A stretch of DNA of 64,000 nucleotides from a virus: the IMG/VR virus record IMGVR_UViG_3300001201_000002, positions 1-64,000 of that record. One strand, 5' to 3'. The translations under genes and the position numbers were made by a program. The notes under the pieces are model-generated. The model worked only from the letters and a program-made list of their open reading frames with translations, searched no databases and was not told where the DNA came from. Within the stretch, counting starts at the first letter, position 1. Each line of letters starts with the position of its first letter. Below are positions 24,112-33,419 of the stretch, piece by piece.

Positions 24112-24621
24112 ATGTCTTACAAAATAGTGCCGTTCGGCTACCAAGGCCCACTTGTTGATGAAATGTTTTGGGCCCGTAAGCGCCTGTTCGTAGATCGTCT
24201 GAAGTGGGACCTCACTGTTACCGCAGAAGGCTACGAAGTTGACAATTATGACAACTACCGCTGTGAATACCTGATCCTCGGAGAGCCACACGAGGCCTCC
24301 ATGCGCCTGATGCGAATCTCGGATCCTTGCATGACAGTGGAAGCATTCCCTGGACTGTTCGATCGGTCCATGGCTAAAGATCCAGACAACGCAATTGAAG
24401 TCACACGCTTCTGCGTCGACCCTTGGACACCCGGTAAAGCTACTGAACTGTTCCAGGCTGGTCGTGACTGGCTCTACACCACCGAGTTCACGTCATTCGT
24501 GGCCGTCTACACTCCAGCGATGCTGCGGGTCTACAAGCGGGCCGGCTGGATGCCGAACACAATCAACTCAGCTGACAGCCCAGAGGGTAAAATACTCGTA
24601 GGACAGTGGAGTAAGCCATGA
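24112..24621 (+). CDS. luxI: LuxI-family acyl-homoserine-lactone (autoinducer) synthase homologue
   Basis: Family blocks appear in order: RKRLFVDRLKW (R..F.....W), GYEVDNYD (ExDxxD), MRLMRISDPCM (RL..P), IEVTRFCVD (E.[ST]RF.V) and MLRVYKRAGW. Confidence 0.85.
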   Translation: MSYKIVPFGYQGPLVDEMFWARKRLFVDRLKWDLTVTAEGYEVDNYDNYRCEYLILGEPHEASMRLMRISDPCMTVEAFPGLFDRSMAKDPDNAIEVTRFCVDPWTPGKATELFQAGRDWLYTTEFTSFVAVYTPAMLRVYKRAGWMPNTINSADSPEGKILVGQWSKP

Positions 24622-24992
24622 TCGAATTTTCCAAAATCAAAGAGACTTGGCAGTTTGATTTAAGTCAACGTGATGGTGGAATGATTGCTATCATGTGCAA
24701 CGAAGAGGATGATCCTAATTTCCACGCTGTCTACGAGTTACCTATTGATGTCATACAAGAACCAATGACATGGATGGGGATCTACCCTACCTACCTCATT
24801 GATGTTGACGTTGAGGCGTGTGCCGAAAAAGAAATTGATCTTGTGGATCTTCGTGAGTCCATCGAGATTTGGATAGAACAAAACGTCCGAATAGCTTACC
24901 GATATAATCCTTTGGATCGTCGACCAGACTACAATGAGGACACGTACATCCGACAGCGTCACGCTGTTGAATCTTTGGAGGATACGTTGTGA
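24618..24992 (+). CDS. hypothetical acidic protein (124 aa)
   Basis: ATGA overlap with the luxI-like gene. Confidence 0.6.
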   Translation: MIEFSKIKETWQFDLSQRDGGMIAIMCNEEDDPNFHAVYELPIDVIQEPMTWMGIYPTYLIDVDVEACAEKEIDLVDLRESIEIWIEQNVRIAYRYNPLDRRPDYNEDTYIRQRHAVESLEDTL

Positions 24993-25489
24993 TTTACACC
25001 GGTATTGGTTCACGTACCACGCCAGCACCGACTCTCAGAGCCATGATGGCACTCGGTCGGTTCATGGCCAAAGAAGGACACGTTCTACGCTCAGGAGCTG
25101 CCCCAGGCGCTGATACAGCGTTTGAGACGGGTGCTCGTGCAGAGAAAGGTGAGTGCGAGATCTACTTGCCTTACAAGCTTTTTCGTCAGCACCCATCCCT
25201 TCTCTTTGGCGATACAGTTGAAGATCGGAACTTCACTTCTAAGTTCCATCCGAACTGGGCCAACGTAGGATCCCGTGGCCGGGATTATCTGACTCGAAAC
25301 ATGTATCAGATCCTCGGCCGAGATCGACAAACACCAACCCGTTTCATGGTCTGCTGGACAGATGACGGAAAAGTCAAAGGCGGCACAGCCATTGGCATCC
25401 GTATTTGCCAGGAGTACAAAATCCCATTCTTCAATCTTGGTTCCATGAGCTTAGATGAAGCCAACGAGAAAATACAGGATCTGCTATGA
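24989..25489 (+). CDS. SLOG/DprA(Smf)-like Rossmann-fold protein
   Basis: YTGIGSRTTP ... VLRSGAAPGADTAFETGA matches the DprA/SLOG GxGSR...SGxAxGxD pattern. GTG start after GGAGG with a GTGA overlap. Confidence 0.6.
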   Translation: MIYTGIGSRTTPAPTLRAMMALGRFMAKEGHVLRSGAAPGADTAFETGARAEKGECEIYLPYKLFRQHPSLLFGDTVEDRNFTSKFHPNWANVGSRGRDYLTRNMYQILGRDRQTPTRFMVCWTDDGKVKGGTAIGIRICQEYKIPFFNLGSMSLDEANEKIQDLL

Positions 25490-26010
25490 TTAAAGAATTC
25501 ATTATCCGCAAAGCCAAGGCCTTAACACAAAGCCGGGCCCCAGACTTCGCTATCGGCCCAGCCGAAGACCCCTACATGCTTCGTTGGTGGTGGCTGCCGA
25601 GGAATCGCTTCTTCAACGTCTACGTCCATATCATGCGGCATGACGATGACGATCGGGCCCTGCATGACCACCCTTGGCCAAGCCTCAGCCTCTGCGCTCA
25701 AGGTATTCTATTGGAGCATTACAAAGACTCCGATGGTGATGCCCGCAAACGTCTGATCTACGAAGGTGATTGGATTTGGCGCCCAGCATCATTCGCTCAC
25801 CGTTTGGCCGTCTTCTCTGAAGACGAACTGCCAATGACAATCTTCATCACCGGTCCTCGGATCCGTGAGTGGGGCTTCCATTGCCCAAAGGGTTGGCGTC
25901 ATTGGATGGACTTCGTCTCTTCAGACGACAAAGGTGTCATCGGCCGTGGCTGCGGTGAGATGACCGGTCCAAGCAAAGCACCGAAGAGACGTCGAGGTTT
26001 CTTCAAGTAA
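25486..26010 (+). CDS. hypothetical protein with cupin-like HxH..E..H motif
   Basis: LHDHPWPSLSLCAQGILLEHY ... PASFAHRL. ATGA overlap. Basic tail KAPKRRRGFFK. Confidence 0.5.
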   Translation: MIKEFIIRKAKALTQSRAPDFAIGPAEDPYMLRWWWLPRNRFFNVYVHIMRHDDDDRALHDHPWPSLSLCAQGILLEHYKDSDGDARKRLIYEGDWIWRPASFAHRLAVFSEDELPMTIFITGPRIREWGFHCPKGWRHWMDFVSSDDKGVIGRGCGEMTGPSKAPKRRRGFFK

Positions 26011-26032
26011 TTCGAGATGGTCCACACTCGAT

Positions 26033-26073
26033 AAAGAAAGCCCGTGTCACACCAGATGCGGGCTTTCTTTTTT
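26033..26073 (+). terminator. strong rho-independent terminator
   Basis: 12-bp stem AAAGAAAGCCCG/CGGGCTTTCTTT running into a T-run. Confidence 0.85.
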
Positions 26074-26124
26074 CACCAGGGGTGGTATGACAGCCGTCCC
26101 TAACCTCAAAATCAAGGAAAAACT

Positions 26125-28620
26125 ATGGCATTTACACCTTCGCCGTTCCCACAGCCAATCTCATTGGAGATCTGGGATCGCAAATACCGGCTGGTCACAC
26201 CGAACGAAAAGATCCGCGATGATGTGACGGTCCAGGACACCTGGGATCGTATCGCACGGGCAACAGCTTTCGCTAAACGCGAAGTCTACGGTGACCCAAT
26301 CGCAAAACCTGCTGACATCGACCACGAGTACCTGAACAACTTGGCGATCCTTAACGACTTCAATTATCTGCCCGCTGGGCGGATCACAGCTGGTGCCGGC
26401 TCTGGCCGGGAAGTCACACTCTTCAACTGCTACGTCATGGGTACAATCCCCGATGACATGGGCGGCATCTTTGACATGCTCAAAGAAGCAGCGCTGACCA
26501 TGCAGCAGGGTGGTGGTATCGGCTACGATTTCTCACCTATCCGTCCGAGCGGCGCACCAGTCAAAGGTGTGGATGCTGATGCTTCAGGTCCTCTGAGCTT
26601 CATGGATTGTTGGGATGCAATGTGCCGCACTATTATGTCGGCCGGCGCCCGCCGCGGTGCGATGATGGCAACCATGCGGGATGACCACCCTGACATCCTG
26701 AAGTTCATCAAAGCAAAGCGTGAGAAAGGCCGTCTGAACATGTTCAACATGTCAGTGTTGGCTTCTGACGACTTCATGGAAAAAGTCATCATGGACGGGG
26801 ATTGGCCTCTGAAGCACGAAGTTGCACCAGCTAAGCCAGTTCAATACGAAACGGCTATGGGCCAGTTTGTCACTGAGATCGACGGCCGGCACATCTATGA
26901 AGTCGTTCGGGCCCGTGACCTCTGGGATGAGATCATGGAGAACACGTACAACCATGCTGAGCCTGGTGTGTTGTTTGTCAGCCGGATCAACAAGCAGAAC
27001 AACCTATGGTACATTGAAGACATCCAGTCGACCAATCCATGTGGTGAGCAGCCGCTACCTCCGTATGGCGCATGTCTGCTTGGTTCATTGAATCTGTCAC
27101 GCTTTGTGAACGAACCGTTCTCAGCAGTGGCTGAAATTGATTTCACGGGTATTGAAGAAACTGTGAAACAAGCTGTCCGTATGACAGATGCAGTCATCGA
27201 CATCTCTAACTTCCCTCTGGAAGCACAACAGAAAGAGGCGAAGCAGAAGCGTCGTATGGGTCTCGGTGTAACCGGCCTGGCCAACATGCTGCTCATGGCA
27301 AACCTAACCTACGGATCTCAAGATGCCCAGCGCATCACTGAGAAGGTTATGCGAACCATGGCAGAGGCTGCCTACTGGGAGTCTATCCAGCTGGCTCGTG
27401 AGTTTGGCCCATGCCCAGCAGTGACCACCTTCGAGCAGCGTCAGAAGTTCGTAGCATCGGGCTACATGGAGAACATGCCTTCTGCTATGAAGGATGCGAT
27501 CATGCAAGACGGGATCCGGAACACCCACCTAATCTCAATCGCACCTACCGGCACAATCTCTATGTATGCCGGCAACGTCAGCTCTGGTGTCGAGCCAGTC
27601 TTCGCGATGAAATACAATCGCAAGGTTCTGGAAGATGACGGAAAGACTCAGGTCGAGCAGCTTGTCGAAGATTATGGCTACCTGCGCCTTCGTGAATACT
27701 GCGAAGAGACTGGTGCCAACATCGAAGACAAGATGTACCACATGGTCACAGCTCAGACTCTCACTCCCGAGGACCACTTGGTGATGCAGGCGGCTGCTCA
27801 GAAATGGGTGGACTCTTCAATCTCCAAGACAATCAACTGTCCTGAGGACATCTCCTTTGAAGACTTCAAAGAAGTCTACATGCAAGCCTACAACATGGGC
27901 TTGAAGGGGTGTACCACTTACCGTCCAAACGACACTCTAGGTTCAGTCCTGGAAGTCGTTGACGACAAGCCTCATGACGATGATGTCGACGCCTTGGCAT
28001 CAGTTTCTGAGATCTTCGAAGAGCAGGAAAATATGACTCTGGAAGATGCCTTGGGTCCACAAGAACCAGTACCTACGGTGCCAGTTCGTGAGAAAATCCT
28101 GGATGCTCAAGTTTACAAGCTGAAGTGGAAGAACCGGAACTTCTACGTCACGATCTCAAACCAAAAGATCAATGGCGTTCTGTCTCCATTCGAGATCTTC
28201 ATCAACAGTCAAGACATGGAAAACTTCCAATGGATAACGGCTCTGACTCGCATGATGAGTTCAGTGTTCCGTCGTGGCGGAGACATCAGCTTCGTCGTTG
28301 ATGACCTCAAGGCGATCAAAGATCCGAACGGTGGTGAGTTTGTGGAGGGTGGCTACCAGCACTCCTTCATCGCTTACCTTGGGAAGACCATTCAGCTTCA
28401 CCTGAACCGTCTGGACGAAACCCGCATCGAATATTCCGGAACTTACGAACCGATTATCGTTGTGGAGCCTTCTCCGTTGATCTCTGAGATGGAAGAGGAA
28501 ATCCAGGCAGTGCTCAACAAAGCTCCGGACAATGAGTGTCCTGAGTGCGGCGAATACGCAATGGTGAACCGAGGCGGCTGCCCGGTTTGCGACAATTGCG
28601 CCCACTCCAAGTGCGGATAA
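26125..28620 (+). CDS. nrdJ: class II (adenosylcobalamin-dependent) ribonucleotide reductase
   Basis: NPCGEQPLPPYGACLLGSLNLSRF active-site block. C-terminal Zn ribbon CPECGEYAMVNRGGCPVCDNCAHSKCG. 831 aa. Confidence 0.9.
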   Translation: MAFTPSPFPQPISLEIWDRKYRLVTPNEKIRDDVTVQDTWDRIARATAFAKREVYGDPIAKPADIDHEYLNNLAILNDFNYLPAGRITAGAGSGREVTLFNCYVMGTIPDDMGGIFDMLKEAALTMQQGGGIGYDFSPIRPSGAPVKGVDADASGPLSFMDCWDAMCRTIMSAGARRGAMMATMRDDHPDILKFIKAKREKGRLNMFNMSVLASDDFMEKVIMDGDWPLKHEVAPAKPVQYETAMGQFVTEIDGRHIYEVVRARDLWDEIMENTYNHAEPGVLFVSRINKQNNLWYIEDIQSTNPCGEQPLPPYGACLLGSLNLSRFVNEPFSAVAEIDFTGIEETVKQAVRMTDAVIDISNFPLEAQQKEAKQKRRMGLGVTGLANMLLMANLTYGSQDAQRITEKVMRTMAEAAYWESIQLAREFGPCPAVTTFEQRQKFVASGYMENMPSAMKDAIMQDGIRNTHLISIAPTGTISMYAGNVSSGVEPVFAMKYNRKVLEDDGKTQVEQLVEDYGYLRLREYCEETGANIEDKMYHMVTAQTLTPEDHLVMQAAAQKWVDSSISKTINCPEDISFEDFKEVYMQAYNMGLKGCTTYRPNDTLGSVLEVVDDKPHDDDVDALASVSEIFEEQENMTLEDALGPQEPVPTVPVREKILDAQVYKLKWKNRNFYVTISNQKINGVLSPFEIFINSQDMENFQWITALTRMMSSVFRRGGDISFVVDDLKAIKDPNGGEFVEGGYQHSFIAYLGKTIQLHLNRLDETRIEYSGTYEPIIVVEPSPLISEMEEEIQAVLNKAPDNECPECGEYAMVNRGGCPVCDNCAHSKCG

Positions 28621-28666
28621 ACTAAACGGCTGGGCCTTCGGGCCCGGCCACCAACAAGGAATCACT

Positions 28667-29005
28667 ATGACCCACCACATTGACAAACTGGTTGGGGAAC
28701 GCATTAAATCAGTTCGACTGACGCAAGGCCTTTCCCAAGAGGAGCTGGCCTCTAAGATCGGCACCTCATTTCAACAACTACAGAAGTACGAATCGGGCAA
28801 GAACCGGATCAGTGCATCTCGTCTTTTCGATCTGGCTAAAGCCATGGGCATGCCTGTTAGCTACTTCTTTGCTCAGAATTCAAAGACAACCCCACTCCTG
28901 GACAAATCGACTGCCACTCTGGTAGGTCGGTACTCCGAACTTCCACAAGAACGACAGCAGCTCGTTTTCAAACTCATCAAGGAACTCTCCAATGGCAGCA
29001 CTTAA
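28667..29005 (+). CDS. XRE-family HTH transcriptional regulator
   Basis: VGERIKSVRLTQGLSQEELASKIGTSFQQLQKYESGKNRISASRLFDLAKAMG is a canonical HTH_3 domain. Confidence 0.85.
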   Translation: MTHHIDKLVGERIKSVRLTQGLSQEELASKIGTSFQQLQKYESGKNRISASRLFDLAKAMGMPVSYFFAQNSKTTPLLDKSTATLVGRYSELPQERQQLVFKLIKELSNGST

Positions 29006-30266
29006 CGAAGGTCAGCAGGCAGTATTCATGGAAGTGATCGACTTCCTAGACTCTGACGAGCAATTCATGGATGTCAATGGTGGCGCCGGCACTGGCAAGA
29101 CCTTCTTGATCTCCAAGATTGCGGACAACATTCTGCAGCATAAGCCTGCTGGTTCTCCTCTTCACACGGTTGCGATCACTGCAACAACCAACAAAGCAGC
29201 AGCTGTCATCTCGGACGCTATGCCTCACCGGGCCGGCGAGATCGGGACAGTCTACAGCTTCATGAACCTGCGTCTCCAGGATAACTATCAGACTGGTGAA
29301 TCCAAGGTTGTACCTAACCGGAACTTCGAAGTCCACCGCGGCACCCTGTTGATCATCGACGAAGACTCAATGGTCAACGCTGAACTGTTCAAGTGGCTGC
29401 AGCAAGGCTTGGATTCAACCTGCAAAGTCATCTTCGTTGGTGACCGGAATCAGCTCGCACCTGTGAAGGAAGATCTCTCTCCAATCTTCACCCAAGGATA
29501 CCGAACCATCGGCCTAACTCAGCCGGTACGGAACTCTGGGCAGCCTGCGTTGATGGCTCTATGTGAGCAAGCCAAGCAGACAGTCTTGACGGGTGTCTTC
29601 ACACCAATCGTTGAGGTCCCAGGTGTCATCGACATCATTGATGGGCCTCAGATGGAAGGTCTCCTCCAGCGGGAATACACCACTGAGGATCCAGGCAAGC
29701 GTCTACTTTCCTACACAAATCAACGGGTTATCGACTACAACGAATATATCCGTGATCTGCGCGGATACACTGATCCATACGAGATAGGTGAGATCCTCTC
29801 CAACAACCAGTCAGCTGAATTGGCCGGCAAGACTCGCCTCTACACTGACCAGATCGTGGAAGTTGTTTCGATCCAGAAAGACTACATGGACTCGCAAATC
29901 GTCCCTGGCTACGACATCCAAATGATCGACCTCACAGTTCGTGATGTGATGAACGGGACCGAATATTTCGTAACCTGCTTCGCCCTGTCAGAAGACCGCA
30001 AGCAAGCAATGAAGCTTTATGCCGGCGCAAAGAAGTGGGACCGGTACTACAAGATCCGGAATAACTATCCTGATCTTCGCTCGGTCTCAGCATCGACAAC
30101 TCACAAAGCCCAAGGCTCTACCTATGACGAGGTGATTGTCGACTTGGCTGACATTGGTACATGCACAAATTCTGCACAAACAGCGCGGATGCAGTACGTT
30201 GCCTTGTCACGTCCAAAATCTCGGATTTACATCCGTGGGACACTGCCTGATCGTTACTTCGCATGA
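28992..30266 (+). CDS. SF1 (RecD/Dda-like) DNA helicase
   Basis: Walker A GGAGTGKTF, Walker B LLIIDEDSMV and TTHKAQGSTYDEV. Confidence 0.85.
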   Translation: MAALNEGQQAVFMEVIDFLDSDEQFMDVNGGAGTGKTFLISKIADNILQHKPAGSPLHTVAITATTNKAAAVISDAMPHRAGEIGTVYSFMNLRLQDNYQTGESKVVPNRNFEVHRGTLLIIDEDSMVNAELFKWLQQGLDSTCKVIFVGDRNQLAPVKEDLSPIFTQGYRTIGLTQPVRNSGQPALMALCEQAKQTVLTGVFTPIVEVPGVIDIIDGPQMEGLLQREYTTEDPGKRLLSYTNQRVIDYNEYIRDLRGYTDPYEIGEILSNNQSAELAGKTRLYTDQIVEVVSIQKDYMDSQIVPGYDIQMIDLTVRDVMNGTEYFVTCFALSEDRKQAMKLYAGAKKWDRYYKIRNNYPDLRSVSASTTHKAQGSTYDEVIVDLADIGTCTNSAQTARMQYVALSRPKSRIYIRGTLPDRYFA

Positions 30267-30472
30267 AACTAACCCAGGCTCAAAAGAAGTGGCTGACAGC
30301 CCTAAACGAGACTGGTTTCGTGGAGTTCGGATGGTCAATGAGAAATGGTCAACGAAACCGTCCTTTGAGGACTCTTATCCGCTTAGGTCTTGCCGCTGAA
30401 ACCGAAACTCATCCAGATGGTGGGTATTCTTGGGGAGTTATCCCAACACCAGAAGGGAAAGCCTTGTTATGA
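30263..30472 (+). CDS. hypothetical protein (69 aa)
   Basis: ATGA overlaps at both ends. Confidence 0.55.
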   Translation: MKLTQAQKKWLTALNETGFVEFGWSMRNGQRNRPLRTLIRLGLAAETETHPDGGYSWGVIPTPEGKALL

Positions 30473-32454
30473 AATATGAAATCGTAGGCACCACAACACG
30501 AGACCCAGAGATTGCTATCCTGGTTCCCACCATCAAAGTATCGGAGATCAAGAAACACTATTACGACCCGTATCTCAAAGCTTTGGACCGGGATGTGATG
30601 GTCTGCGATCTCTACATCAATGCGGAATACTTCAAGGTCCTCACAAAGCGCAGCAAGACAGACGCTTCGATCGGTGACGTGATCGAGACAGTTATCCCTG
30701 GCTTGTATGCGACCTACGCGCCCCACTATTCACGTGTCTTCTACGATCCTGAGAAAACCAATTCGAAGATCCAGATTGCTATGGAGGCCACGACGAAGTG
30801 GATGGGTGGAGACACCAAGGTCCTTGGGTCTGACATCATCAAGTTCGCTGAATACCCGAACACCGATGCAGAGATTGAAGCCTGGCTTGAGAAGCTGCTC
30901 GACATGGATTGCGATCTGTCCTGTGACATTGAGGGCTTCTCCCTGAAGCACTACGATGCCGGGGTCGGCACGATTACATTCTGCTGGAACGACCATGAGG
31001 GTATTGCCTTTTCAGTCGACTATTTCCCATCTGACGGGCGCGATCCGCTTGTCCACGGGATGAACGTTACCAACCCACGGATCCGTGCAGCCTTGAAGAG
31101 TTTCTTCGAGCGTTTCGCTGAATCCGGCAACAAGATGATCTATCACAACATCTGTTACGACGTATATGTTCTGATTTATCAACTGTTTATGGATCACATC
31201 CTCGACCAAGAGGGTTTACTCTATGGACTCAAGATCTTGTTGGCAAACTGGGATTGTACCCAGTTGATCAGCTATCTGGCGACAAACTCCTGTGCCGGCA
31301 ACGAGCTCAGTCTCAAGGCCCAAGCTCAGGAATACGCTGGCAACTACGCCCAAGAGGACATCAAAGACATCTGTCTGATCCCTGAAGCCGATTTGCTAGA
31401 GTACAACCTGATCGACGGCCTGGCCACATGGTATGTGTTCAACAAAAACCACCCAATCATGGTGGCTGATGATCAAGAAGACATCTACAACCGGATCTTT
31501 AAGCCGGCTGTGGCCGACATCATTCAGATGCAACTGACCGGTATGCCAATCAACATGCCTAAAGTTGTGGCTTTGGATAAGAAGCTTCAGAAAGAATCTG
31601 ATCTGAATGTTCAGCGCATGCTGTCAACCCAGGTGGTTCAGGACTTCGTCTATGAACTCGAAGAACGGGCACTTGCCAAGAAGAACCTGAAGCTGAAGAC
31701 CAAACAGGTTGATCGGTCTGACCTCGGAAAGACCAAAGATCTCGTTGTCGAATTCAACCCCGGCAGCGCAAACCAACTCCAAGATCTGCTCTATTCAGAA
31801 GACTTCCTGGGACTCCCTGTCCTAGATTTGACCAAGAGCAAATTGCCGGCCACTGGCGCCGACACACTTGAGAAACTGAAGAATCACACCGCTGATCCTG
31901 ATGTGCTCAAGTTCTTGGACATCCTGATCGAGTTCAAAGCCTCAGCAATCATCCTATCTACATTCCTGCCGGCCTTCTTGAAGGCAGCACAGGGACCTGA
32001 CGGATGGTGGTATCTCTTCGGGAACTTCAGACTGGGCGGCACTGTGTCTTCACGACTGTCCTCAAACAACCCCAACCTACAGAACATTCCATCCTCTGGT
32101 TCAACCAAGGTCAAGCAACGTTTGGCCAAGATGATCAAGGAATGCTTCGAGCCACCTGATGGGTGGTTGTTCGTTGGACTCGACTTCGACTCTCTCGAAG
32201 ACAAGATCTCTGCGGTAACGACCCGCGATCCTATGAAGATCAAGGTCTACTCAGACGGCTATGATGGTCACTGCCTACGTGCGCTTGCCTACTTTGGTGA
32301 GCACATGCCTGACATTGAGCTGGCGCCCGACGACGCAAAGACTTTCTGCACAGAAGTCGACGGTGAAAAGATCTACTTCCACGCTGAGGAAGAGATCGAC
32401 TACCAAGGGAAGAAGATGACCGGACAGGAATTCTTCGACCTCATCAACTCGTAA
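30469..32454 (+). CDS. family-A DNA polymerase, part 1 (3'-5' exonuclease plus palm motif A)
   Basis: Exo I LSCDIEGFSL, Exo II YHNICYDVYVL, NPNLQNIP and motif A LFVGLDFDSLEDKI. Ends at TAA 32452-32454. Confidence 0.85.
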   Translation: MKYEIVGTTTRDPEIAILVPTIKVSEIKKHYYDPYLKALDRDVMVCDLYINAEYFKVLTKRSKTDASIGDVIETVIPGLYATYAPHYSRVFYDPEKTNSKIQIAMEATTKWMGGDTKVLGSDIIKFAEYPNTDAEIEAWLEKLLDMDCDLSCDIEGFSLKHYDAGVGTITFCWNDHEGIAFSVDYFPSDGRDPLVHGMNVTNPRIRAALKSFFERFAESGNKMIYHNICYDVYVLIYQLFMDHILDQEGLLYGLKILLANWDCTQLISYLATNSCAGNELSLKAQAQEYAGNYAQEDIKDICLIPEADLLEYNLIDGLATWYVFNKNHPIMVADDQEDIYNRIFKPAVADIIQMQLTGMPINMPKVVALDKKLQKESDLNVQRMLSTQVVQDFVYELEERALAKKNLKLKTKQVDRSDLGKTKDLVVEFNPGSANQLQDLLYSEDFLGLPVLDLTKSKLPATGADTLEKLKNHTADPDVLKFLDILIEFKASAIILSTFLPAFLKAAQGPDGWWYLFGNFRLGGTVSSRLSSNNPNLQNIPSSGSTKVKQRLAKMIKECFEPPDGWLFVGLDFDSLEDKISAVTTRDPMKIKVYSDGYDGHCLRALAYFGEHMPDIELAPDDAKTFCTEVDGEKIYFHAEEEIDYQGKKMTGQEFFDLINS

Positions 32455-32463
32455 GGAGACCGT

Positions 32464-33207
32464 ATGCTTAGTTTCACTGAGCCGGTCACAGGTGCCTCAG
32501 AGGTTTCGGCCTCTGAGCACAACGTGGCCAGGGTAAATTCCATCAAGAAAAAGTACAAGCATTGGCGCCAGGAATCGAAAGTTCCTACGTTCGCTCTGAC
32601 GTATGACGGGACCTACATCACTCTGATGAAGAACCTCGGCATGAGTGAGGAGCTGGCCAAGTCAATCGAAGAAAACTACCACAAGCTTTATGCCGTTTCG
32701 GATGCCTGGGTAGCGGATAAGATTGACCAAGCCTCCAGGGATGGGTACATCACCGCTGCATTCGGGCTGAGAGTGCGAACTCCGCTCATGAACCAAGTGG
32801 TAATGGGTACGAGCAAGACACCTCATGAGGCTGCCTCTGAGGGCCGCACAGCGGGTAACGCTCTAGGTCAGTCTTGGTGCATGCTCAACAACCGGGCAGC
32901 ATCTGAGTTCATGGCTCTGGTTCGGTCCGGTGAGCACCGACTGGACATCAAACCATGTGCTCACATCCACGATGCCCAATACTACTTGATCCGCGACAAC
33001 ATGGAGACGTTGATGTACGTCAACACCCATTTGTCTCAAGCGGTTCGCTGGCAAGATGATCCACTGATCGAGAATGAACACATCTCAATGAGTGGGCAGC
33101 TGGAAATCTTCCACCCAACCTGGTGTCACGGATTTGACATCCCTAACGAAACTACCGAAGAGGAAATCGGATGTCTGATCAAAGAACACCTGGAAAGCCT
33201 CAGCTAG
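32464..33207 (+). CDS. family-A DNA polymerase, part 2 (motifs B and C)
   Basis: Motif B RQESKVPTFALTYDG and motif C HIHDAQYY. ATG lies 9 nt after the part-1 stop in the same reading frame. The RBS AAGGAG overlaps that stop. Confidence 0.85.
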   Translation: MLSFTEPVTGASEVSASEHNVARVNSIKKKYKHWRQESKVPTFALTYDGTYITLMKNLGMSEELAKSIEENYHKLYAVSDAWVADKIDQASRDGYITAAFGLRVRTPLMNQVVMGTSKTPHEAASEGRTAGNALGQSWCMLNNRAASEFMALVRSGEHRLDIKPCAHIHDAQYYLIRDNMETLMYVNTHLSQAVRWQDDPLIENEHISMSGQLEIFHPTWCHGFDIPNETTEEEIGCLIKEHLESLS

Positions 33208-33419
33208 ACCCTGAGATCAATGCAGTGGGTTATGCTGTCGTCACGTTTGTAGATGGGGCTGAACCGGAAGAGTCCATCGGATTCTCAAGCTATGTGATCT
33301 CAGATGGGGTCATTACCTTGATCTGGGAGGACTCCACAATCACTTCTGAAGTCACGTATCCTTTGATGCGCGTCGAGAAGATTGATTGCCGTTTCGAGGC
33401 TATTGGTGATGCACAATAA
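33171..33419 (+). CDS. hypothetical protein (82 aa)
   Basis: Open frame overlapping the polymerase end by 37 nt. Confidence 0.45.
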   Translation: MSDQRTPGKPQLDPEINAVGYAVVTFVDGAEPEESIGFSSYVISDGVITLIWEDSTITSEVTYPLMRVEKIDCRFEAIGDAQ

